A stretch of 30,309 nucleotides of DNA, from contig CAZWVL010000010.1 of assembly GCA_964637115.1 (NCBI GenBank), positions 1 through 30,309 on the forward strand. The letters run 5' to 3'. Below, piece after piece: positions 8,499 to 16,023 of the stretch. Both the position numbers and the translations under genes were made by a program. The notes beneath the pieces were generated by a model. That model saw only the letters and a program-made list of their open reading frames with translations, did no database searches and was not told the origin of the DNA. Source of the stretch: an uncultured Methanosarcinales archaeon (GTDB lineage: Archaea; Nanobdellota; Nanobdellia; Woesearchaeales; ARS49). How positions within the stretch are numbered: position 1 is the stretch's first letter; each line of letters opens with the position of its first letter.

Positions 8499-8900
8499 AT
8501 GACGACGAAAGTAGTTGGTGCAGGAACCCTTAAGGACGGCAGTTACATCGTTATTGATGGAGTTGCTTGTAAGGTTGCAACCACAGATACGTCTAAGACT
8601 GGCAAGCATGGGCATGCAAAGGTTCGCATTGTGGCCATCGGCATTCTTGACAATAAAAAACGTGAAATTGTTCTTCCAGCTCACGATAACGTCGAAGTTC
8701 CTCTAATTGAAAAGAAGTCAGCTCAGGTTTTGAGCGTTAACGGCAACATGGCTAATGTTATGGACGACGAGACCTACGAGACATTAGACTTGAAGATTCC
8801 TGAAGATCTCAAAGAAACAGTTGTTGCAGGCTGCAAGGTTTTGTATTGGATTATTCTTGGTGAAAAAGTTATGAAACAATTGAAGGGCGGTGCTGAATAA
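8499..8900 (+). CDS. eif5a: Translation factor aIF5A (eIF5A)
   Basis: Hypusine loop SKTGKHGHAK; SH3-like and OB domains; TATA TTTTTAAA 8467-8474. Confidence 0.96.
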   Translation: MTTKVVGAGTLKDGSYIVIDGVACKVATTDTSKTGKHGHAKVRIVAIGILDNKKREIVLPAHDNVEVPLIEKKSAQVLSVNGNMANVMDDETYETLDLKIPEDLKETVVAGCKVLYWIILGEKVMKQLKGGAE

Positions 8901-9061
8901 TGGTGAAGTTTCCAGAAGCGGATGCAAGAATGTTCAAGAATAAGTTTGTCTGCAGGAGATGCAAGTCTGTTTTGAGAGCACCATCAAGGAAGATTGCTGA
9001 AGGCGAAGTTAAGTGTCGTTCGTGCGCTGGAAAGAAATTTAAACCAAAGCGCAAGAAGTAG
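8900..9061 (+). CDS. rpl40e: 50S ribosomal protein L40e (missing from the ORF track)
   Basis: Hand translation MVKFPEADARMFKNKFVCRRCKSVLRAPSRKIAEGEVKCRSCAGKKFKPKRKK: FPEA start, two CxxC pairs, basic tail. Confidence 0.85.
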   Translation: MVKFPEADARMFKNKFVCRRCKSVLRAPSRKIAEGEVKCRSCAGKKFKPKRKK

Positions 9062-9066
9062 GCGTC

Positions 9067-10242
9067 ATGAGTATTGACGGTATTGCAGCGCTTATTTTTG
9101 TTATTCTTCTTGGTTTGTTTTTGTGGAAGAAGCGTCATCAGGTGCAATTGCAAAAGGCTTTGTTCCCTATTCTTTATGTCGTTATGTACAAGTCTGCTTT
9201 TGGCTTGATAGCAATGGACAGGCTTGCCAGGAAGTTTCCGCGTACATTGCGCGTAATGGCTGACATTTCCGTCATTCTCGGCTTTATCGGCATGGTTTTA
9301 ATTGGCGCCCAGATGATCATTAACACAGTTGATGTTTTCGTAAGCACTGAGAGCATGCCCGGCATTCAGCCAGTTCTTCCAATTGAGGCTAAAGGTGTTT
9401 TCTTTGTTCCATTCCTGTACTGGATTCTGAGTATTTTCCTGCTTGCTTTGTTTCATGAGTTTGCGCACGGCGTGGTTGCGCGTGCTTATAAAATTCCTGT
9501 CAAAAGCAGCGGTTTTGCGTTTCTTTGCCTTATTCTTCCAATTATTCCTGCTGCTTTTGTTGAGCCTGATGAAAAAGTTGTGCAAAAGCGTTCCTACAGG
9601 CAGCAGTTGGGTGTTTTTGCTGCAGGCCCGATTTCAAATATGTTGTTTGCTGCAGTGATGTTTGGCGTATTTTTCCTTATCTCGCCTGCGCTAAATGCAG
9701 CATTCGATTCAAGTGGCGTTGAGATCGTAAAACTTACTGAGGAAGGTCCTGCCGCTGCTGCTGGGCTGCGTGAGGGCGACATTATCACGGCTTTAAATGA
9801 TGTAAAAATCACTGCAGTTGATAATATGACCAAAATATTGAATTCTTCAATGCCTGGCGGCCAACTTCTTATTCAAACTGCAAATAATTCTTTCACAGTC
9901 ATGCTTGCTCCAAACCCAAAGAACGCCTCAAAGGCATTTTTGGGCGTGCAAACTCGTAATTATCTTGTTGTCAAAGAAGATTTTGTTGCACGTTACGGAA
10001 AATGGCTTCCTCCTCTGTTGAAATGGTTTACTGGCCTTATTTTCTGGTTGTTTATGCTTAACATTGGAATTGGTCTTTTCAACTTGTTGCCAATCGGCCC
10101 ATTAGACGGCGGCAGGATGTTCCAGCTGGTCTGCTTCAAATTGTTCAAGAATAAGGCACTCGCATTCCGCATCTGGGGTTTTGTGAGCGTGTTCTTTATC
10201 GTCTTGATTATTGCGAATATGTTGGTTGGGTTTTTGCGCTAA
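9067..10242 (+). CDS. Site-2 protease (peptidase M50) with PDZ domain
   Basis: HEFAHG zinc motif, AFVEP, AGPISN, PDZ (GPAAAAGLREGDII), NLLPIGPLDGG. Confidence 0.93.
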   Translation: MSIDGIAALIFVILLGLFLWKKRHQVQLQKALFPILYVVMYKSAFGLIAMDRLARKFPRTLRVMADISVILGFIGMVLIGAQMIINTVDVFVSTESMPGIQPVLPIEAKGVFFVPFLYWILSIFLLALFHEFAHGVVARAYKIPVKSSGFAFLCLILPIIPAAFVEPDEKVVQKRSYRQQLGVFAAGPISNMLFAAVMFGVFFLISPALNAAFDSSGVEIVKLTEEGPAAAAGLREGDIITALNDVKITAVDNMTKILNSSMPGGQLLIQTANNSFTVMLAPNPKNASKAFLGVQTRNYLVVKEDFVARYGKWLPPLLKWFTGLIFWLFMLNIGIGLFNLLPIGPLDGGRMFQLVCFKLFKNKALAFRIWGFVSVFFIVLIIANMLVGFLR

Positions 10243-11702
10243 CCTTTCACATTTCCAATCGGCTTGAACGCAACTAGTTTCTTGCTTATTCCTGCCTTGT
10301 CCATCGTGTCCACTACTTCAGAAATTGGTTTGTATGCAAATCCTGCTTCTTCCGCAAGCCCTGAGTATGATGCTGTTCTGACATAAATTCCTCTTTTTTC
10401 CATTTCTTTCTGCAAGATGTCTCCTCTTACTTCTTTTCTTGCCCTTGTTCTGCTCATAGTTCTTCCGCTTCCATGCGCAGTGCTGCCAAATGTTTCTTCA
10501 AGAGCTTTATCGGTTCCTAACAAAAGATAGCTTCCTGTTTCCATCGAACCACCAACTATTACTGGCTGTCCAATCTTCCTGAAGCGTGGCGCTAATTCTG
10601 TTCTGCTTGGTCCAAAGCATCTTGTTGCTCCTTTTCTGTGTACTACTAGCTTTTTCTCTTTGTTGCCGAGCATATGCTTTTCTACTTTAGCAATGTTGTG
10701 TGCAACATCGTACACGAGATGCATTTCCATGTCTTCTGGACTTTTCTGGAACACGTTCTTGAAGCATTCTCTGATTCTATGTAAAATGACTTGTCTGTTC
10801 GCAAATGCCGCATTTGCCGCGCAGGCCATTGCGTGATAATAGTCTTGTCCTTCTTTGCTTGTGAATGGTGCGCAGGCTAATTCTGGATCTGGCACGGTTA
10901 TGTCATATTTTTTCATTGCTTCATAGAATACTTTCAAATAATCTGTTGCTACTTGGTGCCCGAATCCTCTGCTTCCGCAGTGTACCATTACGCATATCTG
11001 GTCTTCGCTGACTATTCCCAATTTTTCAGCAGCTTTTTTGTCAAATATTTGTCCCGCGTATTGGACTTCCAGATAATGATTTCCTGAGCCGAGCGTTCCT
11101 AATTGGCCTATGCCTCTGCTGATTGCTTTTTCTGAAACTTTGCTCGTTTCTGCGTGTTCTATGCATCCATAATCTTCTATTCTCTCAAGGTCTTCTTCCC
11201 AGCCGTATCCGTTCTCTACGCACCATTTTGCCCCGTTTTTCATCACGTCCTTGAATGTTTGTGGTGTTAATTTCACAAATCCTTTGCAGCCAACTCCGGA
11301 CGGCACTTGCTGAAATAACATATCAACAAGCATTTTCAGCTTGGGCTGTACTTCTTTGAAAGTTAAATTAGTCGTGACAAGTCTCATTCCGCAATTGATG
11401 TCAAATCCTATTCCGCCTGGTGAAATAACTCCGGAGTCTGGGTCAAATGCGGCCACTCCTCCGATTGGAAAGCCATAGCCTGAGTGCGCGTCTGGCATGC
11501 AGAGAGCGTGATTTTGTATTCCTTGCAGGCAAGCAACATTAGTCAATTGATCGTACACGGCAAGGTCCATTTCTTTGATGAGTTTCTCGCTGGCATAAAT
11601 TCTGGCAGGCACTCTCATTCCTTTCTTATAGCTCATCGGAATATCCCAGATGACGTCTCCTTTTCTTTCAAATTCCGGTACTTTTACATCTCTGTTTATC
11701 AT
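10239..11702 (-). CDS. rtcB: RNA-splicing/tRNA ligase RtcB
   Basis: PDAHSGYGFPIGG, GFDINCG, GNHYLE, HCGSRG, AHNIA, HRKGA, HGSGR. Confidence 0.97.
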   Translation of the reverse strand: MINRDVKVPEFERKGDVIWDIPMSYKKGMRVPARIYASEKLIKEMDLAVYDQLTNVACLQGIQNHALCMPDAHSGYGFPIGGVAAFDPDSGVISPGGIGFDINCGMRLVTTNLTFKEVQPKLKMLVDMLFQQVPSGVGCKGFVKLTPQTFKDVMKNGAKWCVENGYGWEEDLERIEDYGCIEHAETSKVSEKAISRGIGQLGTLGSGNHYLEVQYAGQIFDKKAAEKLGIVSEDQICVMVHCGSRGFGHQVATDYLKVFYEAMKKYDITVPDPELACAPFTSKEGQDYYHAMACAANAAFANRQVILHRIRECFKNVFQKSPEDMEMHLVYDVAHNIAKVEKHMLGNKEKKLVVHRKGATRCFGPSRTELAPRFRKIGQPVIVGGSMETGSYLLLGTDKALEETFGSTAHGSGRTMSRTRARKEVRGDILQKEMEKRGIYVRTASYSGLAEEAGFAYKPISEVVDTMDKAGISKKLVAFKPIGNVKG

Positions 11703-11812
11703 ATGTCAAGGAACGTAACGGTTGATTTTTAAGCATTATGTTTTAGAATGAGTTTTTCAACGTTTCCTTGACATCAGGAGGACGCAACAAAATGTATAGA
11801 ATTCGCGTCCGA

Positions 11813-12235
11813 CTATATGTCAAGGACCACAACTGCTTTCCACGTATCTTTCTTCTTTTCAACAAGCCAGTAATGCATTGTTACTGCCTTCACGTCCTGG
11901 TGCAGCTCTTGTTCATCCGGTTTTATGGTATCTCCAGTCAAAAGAGCAGTCACTTCCATTTTTTTCTCATCAACTTTAACTTGAATGTCGTGGAATACTA
12001 GTGCATCCTTATCCTTCAGATACACTATTTCTTCCAGGAAGTTGAACAGTAACTTGTCAACACTTTTTTCTTTCATCTTAATTTTTTTTACAATTTCCTG
12101 CTTGACAGATTTTGGATTCGCCAGGCTCTCAATAACAGCTTGCGCAGCACTTTGAAAAAGTTCAGTCAGATTCTTGCCAGTAGTTTCAAAAGCAACATCT
12201 GCCATTGCAATATCTTCGACAAATTTGAAGGGCAT
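11813..12235 (-). CDS. Archease (RtcB cofactor)
   Basis: N-terminal ADVAFE, LLFNFLEEIVY, C-terminal DVKAVTMH...VVLDI; directly upstream of rtcB. Confidence 0.93.
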   Translation of the reverse strand: MPFKFVEDIAMADVAFETTGKNLTELFQSAAQAVIESLANPKSVKQEIVKKIKMKEKSVDKLLFNFLEEIVYLKDKDALVFHDIQVKVDEKKMEVTALLTGDTIKPDEQELHQDVKAVTMHYWLVEKKKDTWKAVVVLDI

Positions 12236-12258
12236 ATTGAGAATTCGACGGACTTTGT

Positions 12259-12930
12259 TTATAAAAGTTTCTTCATAACATCCACTATCTTGGCGTGTAC
12301 TTCATCAATAGTCATAAGTCTGCTGCCGTCCATGCAGCTGATGAGCGTAAAATTATTAGGGAAAAGTTTTGCCATTTCAAGATAAACTTGTTCTGCTCTT
12401 TGTAAGTGTCCCAAGTCTTTCTCGAGCAGGTCTCTTTTTTGTCCACCAACATACGCTCTGCTGCCTTTCTGGTCAACGTGCTTCTGCGCAATCTCTGCTG
12501 GTACGTGTAAAATAATATTCAAATCAGGCCTTGGTATTCCTAGAACACTGTATTCAATATCATCATTCCATTTGAAGTAATCTTGTCTTTTCTTGGAGTC
12601 TTCTATATTGCCGCCCTGGTGTCCCATGTTTGACGCGACATACCTGTTCGAAACAACTATTTTGCCTTCAGAAAGTGCCTTTTTTATCTTGAAACTTGCT
12701 TCGTGGCGGTCAAGTGCAAAGAAGAGCGATGCAGTATAAGGATTAACTTCAGTCCCGTACTTGCCATTTAGATAACTTTCAACAAAGTGGCAGGATGGCT
12801 GGCCATATTGGGGGAAGTCAAATGTCTCGACTGGTTTTCCTTCTTTTTTGAGATATTCAACTAGTTTTTGCGTTTGCGTGGCTTTTCCAGTGCCATCTGT
12901 TCCTTCAATAACAATGAAAACCCCTTTCAT
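12259..12930 (-). CDS. tmk: Thymidylate kinase (likely start 12930)
   Basis: FIVIEGTDGTGKATQ P-loop, FDFPQYG, LFFALDR, (N)RYVAS, PRPDLNIIL. Confidence 0.92.
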   Translation of the reverse strand: MKGVFIVIEGTDGTGKATQTQKLVEYLKKEGKPVETFDFPQYGQPSCHFVESYLNGKYGTEVNPYTASLFFALDRHEASFKIKKALSEGKIVVSNRYVASNMGHQGGNIEDSKKRQDYFKWNDDIEYSVLGIPRPDLNIILHVPAEIAQKHVDQKGSRAYVGGQKRDLLEKDLGHLQRAEQVYLEMAKLFPNNFTLISCMDGSRLMTIDEVHAKIVDVMKKLL

Positions 12931-12965
12931 GATTGAAGAACTCACGCACGTATTTTTATGCTTTT

Positions 12966-13436
12966 CTAGTATTTACCCAATAGATCTGACACTGCCGCTC
13001 CTATTGCTGTTGGGAAGCTGATGGCAATGACTAGTTGGAACATTTGATACGGACTTGTAACAAATTTGCCTGTGCCGTAGACTGAAAGCAGTAGAAATGA
13101 TGTAAAAATTGCGATGAAATAGTATGTAAAAAATCGTTTTGCCCAGAATTGTCCGAATGGTCTTTTCCGTTGGTCCTGTACGCGGGTGTAGCCGACAAAA
13201 TAAATCTCTGCGGTTAGAATGGCCCATGTTGCAGCGGTCATAAGGATTAAATCGGCTGTTGTCAAAGCTAACCCAACATCAAAAAGCAGTCCTTTGAGGA
13301 CAAAAGTGAATCCAAAGAACAATGCTCCGAAGAATGCCGTGATTACATGCCTCATATCAAAATGTCCTGGCGTCTTCTCAACCATTCTTTCTCTGATGAC
13401 GCGTACGTCCTGTGCTATCTGGTCTATTTTTGCCAT
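12966..13436 (-). CDS. Integral membrane protein, DUF2391-like
   Basis: Four TM segments; AFFGALFFG; C-terminal IGAAVSDLL. Confidence 0.6.
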   Translation of the reverse strand: MAKIDQIAQDVRVIRERMVEKTPGHFDMRHVITAFFGALFFGFTFVLKGLLFDVGLALTTADLILMTAATWAILTAEIYFVGYTRVQDQRKRPFGQFWAKRFFTYYFIAIFTSFLLLSVYGTGKFVTSPYQMFQLVIAISFPTAIGAAVSDLLGKY

Positions 13437-13700
13437 TTAGTAGAACTCTACTTGTGGTATGTCGTCTTTTTTCTCTGGCTCTGGAGAATTTGTTGTTGGA
13501 GTGCTTGGCGCTGAATCAAACATGCTCATTAGGTTTGGTATTGCTGGCGAAGGACTGTCAAAGATATTTGGCTGTGCGGCCGGCTTTTCCTCAGGCTCAT
13601 TGGTATAGATGCCATGTCCGCCAACAATTCCCATCAACAGCTTGATAACTTTACGTATCTCGTCATGAGAATCCTGTTTGGTGTCTACTTGAATTTTCAT
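13437..13700 (-). CDS. Small hypothetical protein with disordered Pro/Ser-rich tail
   Basis: 87 aa; stop abuts the next start; folded-looking N-terminus MKIQVDTKQDSHDEIRKVIKLL. Confidence 0.65.
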   Translation of the reverse strand: MKIQVDTKQDSHDEIRKVIKLLMGIVGGHGIYTNEPEEKPAAQPNIFDSPSPAIPNLMSMFDSAPSTPTTNSPEPEKKDDIPQVEFY

Positions 13701-13744
13701 CCTCTTTTCAATTAGAATATCCCTTCAGAACTTTAAATACTTTG

Positions 13745-14413
13745 CTACTTGAAGAACTCAAACCAGATTACGTCGTCTTCTGATCCTTTTTCGTATGAAA
13801 GTGAGAATGGTCCTTTTCCGATGCCGAATTTGTACCGATCTTCTTCAATGTCACAGTCGCGATATTCGCCGGCAACCCTGAAGCTGAATATGTTGGCATG
13901 TGCTTTGTATTTCCAGTAATCGTCCCCGCGTACTGCAAGTACAGTTGCATTTCGCACTTTAAACCCTCCTCCTGATTCATCTCCGAGTCTTACTGTCGGC
14001 ATGAATCCAAGCTTGTAGCGCGAATCGCGTTTTGGTTGTTCTTGCATTGCAAGTTCTGAAACAGTTGGCACGATGTTTCCTTCTTCGTCTTTGAATGATG
14101 GTTCAACTATTCCATCCAAAGTCGTGTCTGCCGTAAGCGCTCGCCATCCCGCTTTCAATGTGGCCTGTCCTGCTCTTTTCATTATTCTTTTTGCAGTGTG
14201 CTCAATTTGGTCATTTTCTTCATAGGATAGTTCCTGCCGAAATGGCTCGTTTGCCAGGTCTCTTAATTCTTGATTGTATGCCATTCGCTCTGCAACGCGT
14301 GCAAGCTGTTGCCGTGTCTGTTGTTCAAAGCGATCTTGATAGAAGTCGTTAATTATGCTGCATCCTTGGCACGCTACGCCTAAAGCCAGGGCCATCAATG
14401 TCTTCACAAACAT
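13745..14413 (-). CDS. Putative lipoprotein/secreted protein with beta-strand-rich C-terminal half
   Basis: Signal peptide with ACQGC lipobox-like segment; Gly/aromatic alternating strands; ends WFEFFK. Confidence 0.65.
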   Translation of the reverse strand: MFVKTLMALALGVACQGCSIINDFYQDRFEQQTRQQLARVAERMAYNQELRDLANEPFRQELSYEENDQIEHTAKRIMKRAGQATLKAGWRALTADTTLDGIVEPSFKDEEGNIVPTVSELAMQEQPKRDSRYKLGFMPTVRLGDESGGGFKVRNATVLAVRGDDYWKYKAHANIFSFRVAGEYRDCDIEEDRYKFGIGKGPFSLSYEKGSEDDVIWFEFFK

Positions 14414-14503
14414 GACATTTTACACAGGGATTTGTCCTTTTTATAGGCTGTGACATATTTGTAGAAAGCCTTTAAAATCACGGCAGGAAATCACTTGTGT
14501 AAC

Positions 14504-14574
14504 GGGGCTGTAGTCTAGTGGTAGGATACAAGGTTCGGGACCTTGTGGCCCGTGTTCGAATCACGGCAGTCCCA
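14504..14574 (+). tRNA. tRNA-Pro (anticodon CGG), no encoded CCA, no intron
   Basis: Acceptor GGGGCTG/CAGTCCC; anticodon arm CAAGG-TTCGGGA-CCTTG; T arm CCGTG-TTCGAAT-CACGG; TATA TTTAAAA 14471-14477. Confidence 0.95.
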
Positions 14575-14575
14575 T

Positions 14576-15259
14576 ATGCTTTCAGAGGAATTTCTCGATT
14601 TCGCGCATAGAAAGATTGACGTTCCCGTAAAGCAGCTTTTTCCCAATCTTAATCTGGAAAAAATTAGGCAGCAGTTCTGGCGTTTTAATGTCAAAAATTT
14701 TCATCAGACTGTTTATGCGGTGGCGCGTGAGCTTTGGAACGGTCATTATGGTGCCATATTGTCAGAGCATGGTTTTTGGGACAGTACATATGCGAAGTTT
14801 TCCGGTCATTGTCATCAGTGTACTCCTGTTTTAGGTCTTGTTTTGCACGCGCTTGGCTTTGATGTTTCTTATTTGGAATGTTTCCGCATTAGAGAACATT
14901 TTTTGCAAACCGGCAGAATAGAGCAAGTGCCTCCGTCAGAAGAGCCGAATCCGGCTATGAAAGAAGAATTCTGCAGCATTAAGCGTATTCCGTATTGCTG
15001 TTTAGAAGTTATGATTGATGGACAGCCATATTATATGACTAGCAAGCATCTGAAGCCGCAGGGCGAGTGTGCTGTTGCATTGTTAACACCTGTCTGCTAT
15101 CGTGATTTTGTGGGAGTGTTTCATCATCAGGACAATCCGTCAAAGAGCGGCATATATTTGCAGCCAATTTCCAGAAATCCGGTTGTCTGGATGAAACAGA
15201 CTGCTAAAGACCCGTCTCCTGAACTATTTGCCACGTTTCTAAGAATAAAATTAATATGA
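14576..15259 (+). CDS. Hypothetical Cys-rich protein with arylamine N-acetyltransferase/transglutaminase-like motif (likely start 14576, after the tRNA)
   Basis: SGHCHQCTPVLGLVLHALGFDV resembles NAT GGxCxE...LxxLGFxV; CLEVMIDGQPYY resembles the NAT LxVxIDGxxY strand. Confidence 0.6.
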   Translation: MLSEEFLDFAHRKIDVPVKQLFPNLNLEKIRQQFWRFNVKNFHQTVYAVARELWNGHYGAILSEHGFWDSTYAKFSGHCHQCTPVLGLVLHALGFDVSYLECFRIREHFLQTGRIEQVPPSEEPNPAMKEEFCSIKRIPYCCLEVMIDGQPYYMTSKHLKPQGECAVALLTPVCYRDFVGVFHHQDNPSKSGIYLQPISRNPVVWMKQTAKDPSPELFATFLRIKLI

Positions 15260-15328
15260 ACCCGCCCAGATTCGAACTGGGGCATTCTCCCTGTGAAGGA
15301 GAAATCCTAACCACTAGATCACGGGTTC
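15257..15328 (-). tRNA. tRNA-Val (anticodon CAC), no encoded CCA, no intron
   Basis: Reverse complement GAACCCG TGATCTAGTGGTTAGGATT TCTCC-TTCACAG-GGAGA ATGC CCCAG-TTCGAAT-CTGGG CGGGTTC A. Confidence 0.93.
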
Positions 15329-15383
15329 GTGAAGCAACACGTGATCTTCCGGAAACAGCAGTTTCCGCTAGATCACGGGTTCG
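15314..15383. repeat. 16-bp direct repeat (CTAGATCACGGGTTCG) duplicating the tRNA-Val 5' end, with palindromic spacer
   Basis: Copies at 15314-15329 and 15368-15383; spacer contains CGGAAAC-AGCA-GTTTCCG (15350-15367). Confidence 0.9.
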
Positions 15384-15406
15384 ATAATATGGTCGTCCAT
15401 AGAAGG

Positions 15407-15415
15407 GTTTAAAAG
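15407..15415. promoter_or_regulatory. Probable bidirectional TATA box serving tRNA-Val (-) and the oxygenase gene (+)
   Basis: GTTTAAAAG lies about 24 nt from ATG 15439 and about 25 nt from the upstream tRNA 5'-end copy (15382). Confidence 0.5.
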
Positions 15416-15438
15416 GTTTTTCTAGTAAAGAAAGCGTT

Positions 15439-16023
15439 ATGAACTGGGTAAATCCCGTCTATCTGAAAAGTGCAGCAGGTCTGAAAAAGCAGTTTAGTGC
15501 AAACAAGCCTTTTCCTCATCTTGTTCTTGGCAATTTTTTCGCATCTAAAATAAACAGGGTGGCGGAGCAACTTCTCAACGAAAAATTTGTCGAACAGAAC
15601 TCTGACTTATTTCAATTTCAGCAAACTGATGATTGCAAAAAAGCCACGCAGCCCATTGTAAAAGAATTTCACAAATTCTTTTCCTCAAAGGAGTTTATTT
15701 CCTTTATTGCCTCAATAACAGGAGAAAAATTGAAGTTTATTGACATGTCCGCGTTCATTTACGATGATACTGATTATCTTCTTCCTCATGATGACCGTTT
15801 GGAAGGCAGGAAAATCGCATACATTCTCCAGATAGGAGACAATTTAACAAAAGAAGACGGCGGTGCGTTGCAATTTTTAAAGGGGAAAAAGATTGCAAAA
15901 TCTATTCCTCCAACTTTCAATACTTTCACAATTTTTAAAGTCTCAAATAAATCCTGGCATCGGGTGCAGGAAGTGATTTCCAGTAAGAAGCGCGTTTCTT
16001 TTGCAGGGTGGTTCCATGGCTGA
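15439..16023 (+). CDS. 2OG-Fe(II) oxygenase, OGFOD1/Tpa1-like catalytic domain (prolyl hydroxylase family)
   Basis: PFPHLVLGNF; DLFQFQQTDD; IDMS..Y..TDYLLPHDDRLEGRKIAYIL (HxD); GGALQF; SWHRVQEV (distal His); RVSFAGWFHG (2OG-binding Arg). Confidence 0.9.
   Translation: MNWVNPVYLKSAAGLKKQFSANKPFPHLVLGNFFASKINRVAEQLLNEKFVEQNSDLFQFQQTDDCKKATQPIVKEFHKFFSSKEFISFIASITGEKLKFIDMSAFIYDDTDYLLPHDDRLEGRKIAYILQIGDNLTKEDGGALQFLKGKKIAKSIPPTFNTFTIFKVSNKSWHRVQEVISSKKRVSFAGWFHG

Noticed and set aside
11780-11810. GGACGC/GCGTCC inverted repeat after the archease stop
   Set aside because: 6-bp stem with a 19-nt loop is compatible with chance.
14543-14575. ORF-track start at 14543
   Set aside because: It lies inside tRNA-Pro; ATG 14576 is the plausible start.
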